Of a stretch of 64,000 nt of DNA, positions 46,938-56,800 are shown in pieces (position 1 is the stretch's first letter; each line of letters opens with the position of its first letter). Location: positions 180,693-244,692 of the forward strand of contig JAEUKB010000025.1 of assembly GCA_016794365.1 (NCBI GenBank), read 5' to 3'. The notes beneath the pieces were generated by a model. It searched no databases. It worked only from the letters and a program-made list of their open reading frames with translations, and was not told the origin of the DNA. The position numbers and the translations under genes were made by a program. Source of the DNA: Myxococcales bacterium. GTDB lineage: Bacteria > Myxococcota_A > Polyangia > Palsa-1104 > JAEUJZ01.

Positions 46938-48212
46938 ATGCCGAAGCTCAGGAGTGCCGAGGAAGCAACCAAACTTGTCCAAGAAAAGCAGCAGCTTGAA
47001 GTCAGCCTTGCGTGGGAACTGCTGGAAATCTTTAACAAGACCAAAGATCTCATCGATCCTTTGCGGGACTGTGCGGATCTGGCGATCCAAGAGATGATCT
47101 GCATTCGTGATGGCATCGGTCCAGAGTCTGTGCAGGCTGCGATCGATGCGGAAAAAGGCATCATGCAGCTTCTCAAGAAGCAGCGCGTGACCTCGAAGCT
47201 CAAGGATGATGGGACACCGAAGACGAAGTCGGTGGAAAAGGCCAAAAACCTAGAGATTCTGCTGCGCGAAGTGCCGAAGCTGGATGCACAGGAAGTGTCC
47301 GACGTGGTGCGTCTGTACGGAACCTTCGTCGAAAAAGCTGCGGAAAACGGCAAGCTGGCGAGCTTCTACAAAGAAGTCAACGCCAAGAAGGACGGATTCC
47401 GAAAAGGCAGCGGCAAGATCAACGACAAGGCAGTCTGGAACCAGCTCGGCAAAGGGGACAAGACGCTCGACACCGGACGGCATCGCAACTTCCTTCTGGG
47501 AGAGCTAAAGGACGACAAGACCAAGGCGACGCTGGAGACGCTGAAGAAGGCGCTTCCCAAGAACGAGTACGACGCGCTGATCGTCGATCTCATCGCGGAG
47601 ATTGGTGCAAACTACGAAAAGACCAGCCGAGGCGCGGTGCAAAACTTCCTGGTCAGCATGCAGGGTGGTCAGGCTGCGTTCGCGCTAGCAGATACCAGCA
47701 CGGTGGGACGGCTCGATCGCGTCTTTGGTCTGGTGCCCGCAGCGGATATCTCAGGAACCACCGCAGACACGATCTTTTTCTTGAGCAAGTTCCCCAAGAT
47801 CGATCCGATCTTCTACGTGCTGCCGCTCGCGACGATTGTGGCTGGTGCGCACCACTCGTTGATCGAAGTCGCGCTGCCGCTGTCCCAAAACGGCTTCATC
47901 GACTATCACATCGGCTTCTATTCCAGCTTGTATCCCAGCAGTACCAAGCACTCCGCAGCCGCTGCGATCAAGAAGGCGCTGGAGATGGCTGAAAAGGAAG
48001 CGCTCAATCACTATCTGCTCGTCTTCTACAGCAAGGACGGCAAAAAGATTGAAGGTGCGTACGAGTTCCTTCCGTCGGAAAAAGACGCGCTGGCTGCCTT
48101 CCGAAAGTTCGCGAAAGCGACCGATGCGATGGCGCTGTTTAGCAAGCAGGGCAAGCTGGACAAAGACTCGATCACAGAGCTTGCGAACAAAGCCAAGATT
48201 CCGCTCAAGTAG
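46938..48212 (+). CDS. Hypothetical lysine-rich protein of atypical composition
   Basis: 424-aa ORF. Lys/Glu-rich N-half and hydrophobic C-half (GAHHSLIEVALPLSQNGFIDYHIGFYSSLYP). Low GC; no recognisable family. Confidence 0.5.
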   Translation: MPKLRSAEEATKLVQEKQQLEVSLAWELLEIFNKTKDLIDPLRDCADLAIQEMICIRDGIGPESVQAAIDAEKGIMQLLKKQRVTSKLKDDGTPKTKSVEKAKNLEILLREVPKLDAQEVSDVVRLYGTFVEKAAENGKLASFYKEVNAKKDGFRKGSGKINDKAVWNQLGKGDKTLDTGRHRNFLLGELKDDKTKATLETLKKALPKNEYDALIVDLIAEIGANYEKTSRGAVQNFLVSMQGGQAAFALADTSTVGRLDRVFGLVPAADISGTTADTIFFLSKFPKIDPIFYVLPLATIVAGAHHSLIEVALPLSQNGFIDYHIGFYSSLYPSSTKHSAAAAIKKALEMAEKEALNHYLLVFYSKDGKKIEGAYEFLPSEKDALAAFRKFAKATDAMALFSKQGKLDKDSITELANKAKIPLK

Positions 48213-48265
48213 ACTCTGCTCTCACTTCGGTAGATTGTGTATTCTCAGCGACCAAGGACAATCTT

Positions 48266-49210
48266 GTGTCGCACGCTCCTGACTCTGTTTCATCCCTCTA
48301 CGCTTCTCGTGATCAGCGCATTGCGCGCGATCTTCGCAGTCTGCGGCTGTCGGCGATTTTGTATGTCGTGACGTTTGTCGCCAAGCTTGCGGTGTACTTC
48401 ACCACGTCGGTGATGGCGCTGCTTGCGGAAGCGATGCATACGCTCAGCGATGTGATTGTGGTGGGATTTTTGCTGCTGGCGCTGCGCTGGTCCCGGGATG
48501 AACCGGACGAAGAACACATGTTCGGACACGAGCGCGGACAGAGTGTGGCTGCGCTGGTGGCTGCGACGCTGTTTGTGTCCTTTACCAGCTTGCGACTGTA
48601 TGAGGAATCGATTCCGCGTCTGCTGGGAATCGGACATTCCTTTGCGCCGCCCCAGCGGCTTGATCTGGCGATCGGAGTGCTGGTCTTTTCGATGGTGATT
48701 GCGGCGATTCCGCTGGTCCAGATGCTGCTGCACAAGCCAAGCGGAGCCGCAGCCAAAGCGCAGTTTCTGGAGCTACTAAACGATGAGCTGTCGCTGGTCG
48801 CGGCGCTGATTGGAACGGTACTGACGCGCTTTGGCTATCCGCTGGCTGATCCGGCTGCAACGGCGATTGTTGCGACGGTGATTGCCTGGAACGGAGTCGC
48901 TCTGTTTCGTGAAAACTTCGATCTGATTGTCGGTCGCTCGCCAGGTCCAGGTGTCCTTGCGGAGATCACGCAAGCAGCACTGTCGGTTCCTGGGGTTTTG
49001 GATGCACACGATGTGCGGGCCGAGCGCTACGGTCACGGTCTTTTGCGCTGCGAGCTACACATCACGGTGGAGCGTGGGACTCCGATTGAGGAAGCGCATC
49101 GCATTGAGCAGCAAGTCCGTCACAAGATCGCACAGATCGAAGGAATGCACATGTGTCATGTTCACATCGATGCATCTCCTCTTCTTTCAGCACGCGAGGA
49201 ATCACGTTAG
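48266..49210 (+). CDS. Cation diffusion facilitator (CDF) family metal efflux transporter
   Basis: TM domain with HTLSD/FGHERG motifs and a C-terminal cytoplasmic domain. GTG start. Confidence 0.75.
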   Translation: MSHAPDSVSSLYASRDQRIARDLRSLRLSAILYVVTFVAKLAVYFTTSVMALLAEAMHTLSDVIVVGFLLLALRWSRDEPDEEHMFGHERGQSVAALVAATLFVSFTSLRLYEESIPRLLGIGHSFAPPQRLDLAIGVLVFSMVIAAIPLVQMLLHKPSGAAAKAQFLELLNDELSLVAALIGTVLTRFGYPLADPAATAIVATVIAWNGVALFRENFDLIVGRSPGPGVLAEITQAALSVPGVLDAHDVRAERYGHGLLRCELHITVERGTPIEEAHRIEQQVRHKIAQIEGMHMCHVHIDASPLLSAREESR

Positions 49211-49256
49211 GAATCGGTTAGGAATCGGTTAGGAATCGGTTAGGAATCGGTTAGGA
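49207..49256. repeat. 11-bp tandem repeat AGGAATCGGTT, ~4.5 copies; same motif family as the 61-160 array
   Basis: gttaggaatcggttaggaatcggttaggaatcggttaggaatcggttaggag, between the CDF stop and the response-regulator start. Confidence 0.9.
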
Positions 49257-49276
49257 GCTGGATTGGACATCGCGTC

Positions 49277-49972
49277 ATGAAGATTCTGATCGTAGAAGAT
49301 GAGGCACGGATGGCGCGACTTCTCCGTCGCGGACTGCAAGAGGAAGGACACTCTGTTGATGTCTGTGAAACGGCGGATGCAGCGGCAGAGCAGGCGCTCT
49401 TGATTTCCTATGATGTGATCTTGCTCGACTGGATGCTGCCGGACCAAGACGGCGTGGCGCTTTTGCGATCGTGGCGACAAAAAGGGCTGCGGACACCGGT
49501 GCTGATGCTGACTGCGCGAGGGACGACCGGCGAAAAGGTGACAGGACTGCGTGCGGGGGCTGACGACTACATGGCCAAGCCGTTTGACTTCGATGAGCTG
49601 CTGGCGCGAATTGAAGCGCTGGCTCGTCGAGGCGGCGCACATGAGCGGTCGGCACAGCTGGGCAACCTGACGCTCGATGCGCGGCGTCGGGTGCTACAAG
49701 GGCCCGACGGGGAAACGCCGCTGACCGCGCGTGAGTTTGAGCTGCTATCGGAGCTGGGCGGTCATCGTGGCGAGGTGCTGACGCGCTCGAAGCTGCTGAG
49801 CTGTGTGTGGGGCACCGAGTTCGAGGGCAGTCCGAACGTCGTCGATGTCTACATCGGTTATCTACGCGCCAAGATCGAGCAGCTTCGCGGTGATGGCGTG
49901 TCGCTTCAGACGGTGCGCGGGATTGGCTATCGCTTGGTCGTCGATGCTCAGACGGAAGGGAGCCGGAGATGA
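49277..49972 (+). CDS. OmpR-family two-component response regulator (CzcR/CusR-like)
   Basis: MKILIVEDE...DWMLPDQDG receiver domain and a winged-helix C-domain. Confidence 0.85.
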   Translation: MKILIVEDEARMARLLRRGLQEEGHSVDVCETADAAAEQALLISYDVILLDWMLPDQDGVALLRSWRQKGLRTPVLMLTARGTTGEKVTGLRAGADDYMAKPFDFDELLARIEALARRGGAHERSAQLGNLTLDARRRVLQGPDGETPLTAREFELLSELGGHRGEVLTRSKLLSCVWGTEFEGSPNVVDVYIGYLRAKIEQLRGDGVSLQTVRGIGYRLVVDAQTEGSRR

Positions 49973-51381
49973 AGCTGGCGACGCGAATGTGGCTGCTGGG
50001 CGCGGCGGTTCCGGCGCTGGGAATTTTGCTTGGGCTGATCGTCGCAGGCGGCTGGTTTCGTCATCACTTAGAAGCGGCGGTCGATCGGGCGCTGCTGGCG
50101 CAGGCTGCCGTCGAAAGTGTCAGCCTGTTCGACGGTCCCGAAGGTCGGGTTCACCTGCACATGGCCAGCTCGCCGCTGGTGGAAAGTGTTCGGCTGTTTG
50201 CTCCGACGGGAGATCTGTTTGGTCCCGACGGCAAGCTGGTGATGAGCTATCCGCCGCGTCTGTCGTCAGAGCCTCCGTCTACGGAAGTGGTGCCGCCCGC
50301 TGCGGTCGGTCAGCCGCCACGACTTTCGACGCAGCGCGGCCCAGGATCTGCCCGCTTTCGGGTGCTGCTGGTGACGGTGGCGGCTCCGCGTGGTGGCCTG
50401 TATACGCTGCGGCTGTCGGCGTCGCTGGCGCAGCTCGATGGATCGGCGAAGGCGTTTCACTTGGCGACGCTGAGCTTGGCGCTGCTGTTTGGCGCGCTGC
50501 TGTTTTTGCTGCAAGCGGTGCAGGCGCAGAAGCTCAAGACGCGGCTGCGACAGCTGCGTGAGCACATTGCGGCGCTGCGAGAGGGACAGCTGGATCACAG
50601 CCTGGCCGAAGATGCCGGGCCCGACGAGATCGGTGCGCTCAATCAAGTGCTGCGAGAGACGACGGCGAAGCTTTTGGCGGCGCGTGGTGGGCAAGAGCGC
50701 TTTTTGGCCGACGCTGCGCATGAGCTACGAACGCCGCTTGGGCTGATGCGAACCAGCTTGGATCTGGCGCTGCGTAGGCCTCGGCCCGTCGAGGAGCTGC
50801 GGACAACGCTCGAAGAAGTCCGGCACGAGGTGGTGCGGCTGGGGGCCCTGTGTCAGCGGCTGCTGGACCGATCGATGATGGCGCAGGCCGAGTGGGATCG
50901 CAGTCCGGTGAAGCTGGTGCGTCTGGCGGAAGAAGCGGTGCAAGCGGCGCGGGCGGAAGCGGAGACGCGCGGGGTGCTCATCGAGATTCGCAGCGACGAT
51001 CCGTGCGCGAGCGTGAGCGGTCATGCTCCGGCGCTGCGACAGGCACTGGATAACCTACTCAGTAACGCGCTGCGTTATGCACCACAAGGCAGTACGATCT
51101 TCGTCGAGATCGAGCACGCTCCGGCGGCGCTGCGGCTGGCGGTGCGGGATCAAGGTCCGGGCGTTCCTGCGTCGCTGCGCGAGCATATCTTTTCGCCGTT
51201 TCGCTGCGATCGTCCGCAGAGCAGCGCAAAGTCCGACGAATCCGGGCACGGACACGGGCTGGGGCTCAACATCACGCAAGAGATCGCGGCGCGTCACGCT
51301 GGACGGCTGTTTATCGATGATCGCAACCGATTCGGTGCGCGTTTTGTGATCGAGATACCGACGGGAACGCCAGCAATGTAA
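49969..51381 (+). CDS. Sensor histidine kinase (CzcS/CusS-like)
   Basis: Two TM segments, H-box FLADAAHELRTPL, and G-boxes DQGPGVP and GHGLGLNI. ATGA overlap with the regulator. Confidence 0.85.
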   Translation: MKLATRMWLLGAAVPALGILLGLIVAGGWFRHHLEAAVDRALLAQAAVESVSLFDGPEGRVHLHMASSPLVESVRLFAPTGDLFGPDGKLVMSYPPRLSSEPPSTEVVPPAAVGQPPRLSTQRGPGSARFRVLLVTVAAPRGGLYTLRLSASLAQLDGSAKAFHLATLSLALLFGALLFLLQAVQAQKLKTRLRQLREHIAALREGQLDHSLAEDAGPDEIGALNQVLRETTAKLLAARGGQERFLADAAHELRTPLGLMRTSLDLALRRPRPVEELRTTLEEVRHEVVRLGALCQRLLDRSMMAQAEWDRSPVKLVRLAEEAVQAARAEAETRGVLIEIRSDDPCASVSGHAPALRQALDNLLSNALRYAPQGSTIFVEIEHAPAALRLAVRDQGPGVPASLREHIFSPFRCDRPQSSAKSDESGHGHGLGLNITQEIAARHAGRLFIDDRNRFGARFVIEIPTGTPAM

Positions 51382-51431
51382 GAAGGCTCTTAGACAGTCC
51401 TCATGCAGGCGGCGCGCGCATTGGGTAGCTG

Positions 51432-52697
51432 TTGGGTATGCAGTATCTGCGTGCAGTCTTGTGTGGGGTCGGGCTGAGCCTCTGGCCTGCGACGGGATTT
51501 GGTCATCCGGCGGATCGCTCGATTACGTTTGCGGAGACGCTGTCGCGGTGCCAGGAAGCGCCGTCGGTGCGAGCAGTGGCAGAGGCGCTGCGGGTGAAGC
51601 GCAGCCTTGATGCAAACCTGGGGGCGATGGTGGCGAATCCGCAGGTGACGGTGCAAGCGGGCTATCGCAATGACACGGGCGGGCAGGGTGCCGACGTGCA
51701 AGTGTCGATTCAGCAGCCCTTGAACCTGGCTGGGTATGCGAAGGCGCGACGGCGCTCGGCGGAGCTTGAGTCGGCGACGCTGCACGCGGAGTGGCAAGCG
51801 GCGCTGCTGCATGAGCGACTCGGGGCGGCGCGGCTGTGGAGCGAATTGTGGGGCGCGGAGCAGGCTGAGTCAAACGCGAGTGAAGAGGTCGAGCTGGCCA
51901 AGCAGCTCCTGTCGCGGACAGAGCGCCTGTTTGCGGGCGGGGCGGTGACGCAGGTCGATGTGGCGACGGCGAAGACCTATCTGGCGGAAGTGCAGACGCG
52001 GCACCTGTCGATCGAAGGGGAAGTGGTCGAGCTGGGTCTGTCGCTGTCGCGCTGGCTCGGGCAGTCGGGGGCGCTGCACGCGGTGGGACAGCCTCATGAA
52101 CCGAAGCTGCCGACGCTGGATGATGCGCTGGTGAATGACGCGCTGCGTCGTTTGAGCGAGCTGCCTGAGCCTGTGCGACGGCGTCTAGGTGAACAGAGCG
52201 AGCGGGCGAGGGCGGAGGAGACGGCAGCCGAGCGAGGAATGCAGGCTTCCGTCGGTGCGATGGTGCTGCGCGAGCCGACTGCGCCGTGGGCGGCTTTTGG
52301 AACCTTGTCGCTGAGCGTGCCGGTGTTCGAGCGCGGTCAGCGGGAGCGGGCCAACCTGATGGCGTCGGCGGCGCGGCGGAAGATCGAAAGCGAAGCGGCG
52401 CTCAGCGAGGCGCAGGGCGACTTTCGGCAGCTGCTCCACGATGTCAGTCACTACGGCGAGCTGTCGAAGCTGATTACAGAGACGCTGCTTCCGTCGGCAG
52501 AGCGAGAAGTGTCGCTGCGTGAGCGGCTGCTGTTGGCGGGCGACGGAACGGTGCTGGAAGTGCTCCAGGCGCGACGGGCCTTGCTGGCGGCGCGGACACA
52601 AGCGGCGCGGGTGCTGGCGAGCCTGCTCGGGAGTCGGCAGCGAATGGCGCTGTATCTGACGGCGCTGGGACTGTTTGACGGGGAGAACGTGCGATGA
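51432..52697 (+). CDS. Outer-membrane efflux protein (TolC/CzcC family)
   Basis: Signal peptide; two OEP-type repeats with Ala/Leu/Gln-rich helices. Confidence 0.7.
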   Translation: MGMQYLRAVLCGVGLSLWPATGFGHPADRSITFAETLSRCQEAPSVRAVAEALRVKRSLDANLGAMVANPQVTVQAGYRNDTGGQGADVQVSIQQPLNLAGYAKARRRSAELESATLHAEWQAALLHERLGAARLWSELWGAEQAESNASEEVELAKQLLSRTERLFAGGAVTQVDVATAKTYLAEVQTRHLSIEGEVVELGLSLSRWLGQSGALHAVGQPHEPKLPTLDDALVNDALRRLSELPEPVRRRLGEQSERARAEETAAERGMQASVGAMVLREPTAPWAAFGTLSLSVPVFERGQRERANLMASAARRKIESEAALSEAQGDFRQLLHDVSHYGELSKLITETLLPSAEREVSLRERLLLAGDGTVLEVLQARRALLAARTQAARVLASLLGSRQRMALYLTALGLFDGENVR

Positions 52698-53845
52698 AAC
52701 GCGATTGGATCGTGTGCGTGGCGCTGGGCGCGGCGCTGCTTGGTGGCTGTCCGCATCGGGATGCAGCGACGGAAAGTGACACAAGAGTGTCACCTCCTGG
52801 TGATGCGGCTCAGGCGTCGAAGCTGGATAATCCCGTGGCTGCGACGACGGACGTGCGCTCGCTGGCGTGGGCGCAGGTGACGGTGGGCGACGGAGCGCTG
52901 CTGTGGGAAGTGCCCGCGCAGAGCATTGGCTCGGCGCAGCAGCGAGGCGAGGTGATGCCAGCGTTTCGGGCGCAGGTGCTGCAAGTGCTGGTCGAGCCGG
53001 GGCAGACCGTCGCGGTGGGCGAGCCGCTCGTGGTGGTGCGGATGCCGGAAGTGCTGAGGGCAGCCGGGGCGTACGTGGCGGCAGGACTGCGGATTTCCGC
53101 GCACACGCAGCGTCGAGAGCAGCTTGCTTCATTACGCAGCGAAGGACTGGCGCGGCTGTCGGATCTGGCGGAAGTGCAGGCGACGCTGGCAGAGGCGCAG
53201 GCCGCGCAAAAAGAAGCGCAAGCGGTACTGGCGGCAGCGGGCGTTTCGGCGAGTGATGCTCCGTCGCTGTGCGAGGGATCGGGTCGGGTGACGCTGCGCA
53301 GTCCGATTGCTGGCGTGGTGACGACGGTGACGGCGGCGCTCGGGCAGCTGGTCGAGCCGGGCGGGACGGCGCTGGCGAAGCTGTCGGGGCAGGGCTCGTC
53401 GCGGATCGAGGCTCGGCTGCCGGATACGAGCACGCTCCAGCTGCGCTATGATTGGCTGCTGTCCGACGGAAAAACGATTTCTCTGCGACAGCTTTCGCGG
53501 GCGCCGATGTTCGATCCGAGAGACGGCATGGCGCAGACCTGGCTGGTTCCGACCAAGAGTGAGCCGATCGCAGCGGGGCTGAGCGGGCGACTGCGGGTGC
53601 TGCTCGACAAGTCACCGAGTGATGGACGGCTGTGGCTGCTTCCTGCGCGGGCGCTCCGGCTGGGCGACGGGCAAGTGACGGTGCTGCGGCAGCGCGACGG
53701 ACAGCGCAAGACGGTGACGGTGAAGGTCGTGGCGAGCGCGGGCGGCAAGGCTCTGATTTCTGCGACGGATGAACGCGAGCTTGTGCTAGGTGATCGCGTC
53801 GCGCTCGAACCAAGTCTGTCGGAATCGACGGGAGACAAGCCATGA
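52694..53845 (+). CDS. RND efflux periplasmic adaptor (CzcB/HlyD family)
   Basis: Lipobox LLGGC, a coiled-coil hairpin (EVQATLAEAQAAQKEAQAV) and a beta-barrel domain. ATGA overlap with the upstream gene. Confidence 0.75.
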   Translation: MKRDWIVCVALGAALLGGCPHRDAATESDTRVSPPGDAAQASKLDNPVAATTDVRSLAWAQVTVGDGALLWEVPAQSIGSAQQRGEVMPAFRAQVLQVLVEPGQTVAVGEPLVVVRMPEVLRAAGAYVAAGLRISAHTQRREQLASLRSEGLARLSDLAEVQATLAEAQAAQKEAQAVLAAAGVSASDAPSLCEGSGRVTLRSPIAGVVTTVTAALGQLVEPGGTALAKLSGQGSSRIEARLPDTSTLQLRYDWLLSDGKTISLRQLSRAPMFDPRDGMAQTWLVPTKSEPIAAGLSGRLRVLLDKSPSDGRLWLLPARALRLGDGQVTVLRQRDGQRKTVTVKVVASAGGKALISATDERELVLGDRVALEPSLSESTGDKP

Positions 53846-56800
53846 GCGAGTCGTGGATAGCTCGTCTGTGTCGGGGTGCGGTGACGCATCGCGGCCTGGT
53901 GCTGCTGCTGACGCTGGTGCTGGTTCTTGCGTCGTCGCTGACGGCGCTACGGCTGAAGCTGGATGCGCTGCCGGATGTGACGAACAATCAGGTGCTGGTG
54001 CTGACGCCCGCGCCGGGACTGTCGCCCGAAGAGGTCGAGCGGCTGGTGACGCGACCGATTGAGACGGCGCTCGGCGGAATGCCTCGGCTGGTGGAGCTGC
54101 GCAGCATCTCTCGCTACGGAATCTCGGCGGTGACAGCGGTGTTCGAGGACGACTCGTCGCCGTACCTGGCGCGGCAGATCACGGCGGAGCGGCTGGCGAC
54201 GGTGGTGTTGCCGCCAGAGGTGGAAACTCCGTCGCTGGGACCGCTGACGGGCGGGCTGGGTGAGGTGTTTCATTTTTCGATCACGTCGTCGCAGCGCACG
54301 CTGTCAGAGCTTTTGGAGCTATCGACGCTGCGGATCTCGCCTCGGCTGCGGATGGTGCCCGGTATCGTCGAGGTCAACACCTGGGGCGGCAGCGAGCGAC
54401 GGCTGGAAGTGCGCGCCGATCCGCTAAAGCTGGCGTCGAGAAAGCTGTCGCTTCAGCAGCTTGCGCAGGGTCTTGGCGACAGCATTGGTGCGACGGCAGG
54501 GGCCAGCGTTCCGTCGGGCGGTGGTCAAGCGCTGCTGCGCGCGGTGTTTCGTCCGCATCGTCCCGAGGAGCTTTCGTCGCTGCTGCTACCGAACCTGGCC
54601 GGTGTGACAGAGCATGCAAGCGACACCAGTCCACAACGGCTTCTCGTCGGAGACTTGGCGCAAGTGACGGAAGGAGAAGCGCCTCGGCTCGGGGCTGCGA
54701 CGCAAGATGGTCACGGTGAAGTGGTCTATCTGATGGCGCAGATGCTGCGAGGAGAAAACGCGCTGGAGGTGCTGCGCGGCCTTCACGAGCGGAAAAATGA
54801 GCTGGAAAAGACGCTGCCTCCCGACGTGAAAATCCAGGTGATTTATGACCGCAGCGTGCTGGTGCATGCGACGCTGCGCACGGTTGGAAAGAACCTGCTC
54901 GAAGGTGGCTTGCTGGTGGCGACGGTGCTGCTGCTGACGCTGGGAAGCTGGCGCGCAGGGCTTTTGGTCGCACTGGTGATTCCGCTGTCGATGCTGGGCG
55001 CGGCGGTGGCGATGGTGCTCGTCGGGGTGCCGGGCAACCTGATGAGCCTGGGCGCGGTGGACTTTGGCCTGCTGGTCGATGGTGCGGTCGTGATGGTCGA
55101 GCACCTGTTCCATCATCCTGGGCAGTCACCGTCGGATTCGGGGTCGGACTCGGGGGAACGGTCGGGCTTTCTGGCTGCGATTTCTCGACGAGCCAGCGAG
55201 GTCGCCAAGCCAGTGCTGTTTTCGGTGCTGATCATCTTGCTGGTCTATTTGCCGGTGCTGCTCCTCGACGGAGTGGAAGGCAAGATGTTTCGTCCGATGG
55301 CGGTGACGGTGGTGTGCGCGCTGTTTACGTCGCTGATCCTGTCGCTGCTGTTTATTCCGGCGGGCGCGGCGCTGCTGCTTCGGCCCAAAGACCTGGAAGA
55401 ACAGCGTCCGCCGCTGCTCGTGCGCGTGATGGAGCGGCTGTATCAGCCAGTCCTTGGTGCCGCACTGCGTCATCCGTTGCTGGTTGGGGTGCTGGCGATG
55501 GGACTGCTCGGTGGCGGGGTGACGCTGCTGTTCCAAAGTGGCAGTGAGTTTTTGCCGCAGCTCGACGAGGGGGACTTGGTGATTCAGACGACGCGGAGCG
55601 CGGACATCTCGCTGGAGCAGGCCGTGTTGCAGGCGGGTCGCGTCGAGCAAGTGCTGCGTCAGGTTCCCGAGGTTCGGCAGGTTGTTTCTCGCGTCGGGAG
55701 TCCGGCGGTGGCCACCGACATCATGGGGCTGGAGCAAGCGGATGTCTTCGTCGGTCTGCGTCCGCGTGCCGAGTGGCGCAGCGGCCTGTCAAAAGATGCG
55801 CTGATTCATGAAATGGAGCAGCTTCTCGCCGAGAAAGCGCCCGGTGGTGAGCCGTCGTTTACCCAGCCGATCCAGATGCGCTTTAACGAAATCCTGGCCG
55901 GTGCGGTGACCGACGTGGTGGTGAGCGTCTACGGCGAGGATCTGCGTCAGATTGAGCAGCTTGCGCACGCGGTGGCGAAGGCTTGTGCGACGGAGCCTGG
56001 AGCGGAAGATGTGCGGGTGCTGGCGCCTCCGGCGGTGCCGCTGGTCGAGGTGCGTCCGCGTCCGATCGAGGCGGCACAGGCGGGGCTGACGCCGAAAGAA
56101 ATCCTCTTGGCGGTCCAGGCGGTGCGCAGCGGTCTTGTCGTCGGGACAAGCTACGACGGGCCGGTGCGACTGCCGGTGGTGCTGCGCCTGGGAGAGTCGG
56201 TGCCCGACGCGGTGGGCTTGTCGGCGCTGCCGCTGCCTCTTTCCGACGGAACCAGTGTGCCGCTTGGCCGGGTGGCGGAGATTGCGTACATCCCGACGCC
56301 GACGCTGATTCAGAGGCACAACGGACAGCGACGACTGATGGTTGGCTTCAACGTGCGTGGCGTCGATCTGGGCTCGCTGCTGCATCGCGCGTCGGCAAAG
56401 GTTCAGGCGCAGGTGAAGCTGCCGCCGGGCTACCGACTGAACTGGGGCGGTCAGTATGAGACGTTCGAGGCGGCGCGCGCGCGGCTGGGCGTGCTGATTC
56501 CGGTGGTGCTGCTGATCATCGTCGTGGCGCTGTGGCGACTGTTTGGCAGCCTGCGCAAAGCGCTGATCCTGTTTACGGCGGTGCCTTTTGCGGGAACGGG
56601 CGGGATGATCTTGCTGTGGGCGCGGGGAATGCCGGTGTCGATCTCGGCGGCGATCGGCTTTATCGCGCTGTCGGGCATCGCGGTGCTAAACGGCGTGGTG
56701 CTGATGGTGCGGCTGCTCGACTTGGAGCGGCAAGGTCTGTCGGCGCACGAGGCGGCGGCTCAGGCGGCCAAGACGCGGATGCGGCCCGTGATGGTGACGG

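Noticed and set aside
43860-48230. Atypical-composition block considered as a mobile element or integrated island
   Set aside because: No integrase, transposase, inverted repeats or tRNA target were found, so it is reported only as a compositional anomaly, not as a mobile element.
52185-53987. 600-aa ORF on the minus strand
   Set aside because: Antisense to the czcB/czcC genes. Pro/Ala/Arg-rich; spurious.
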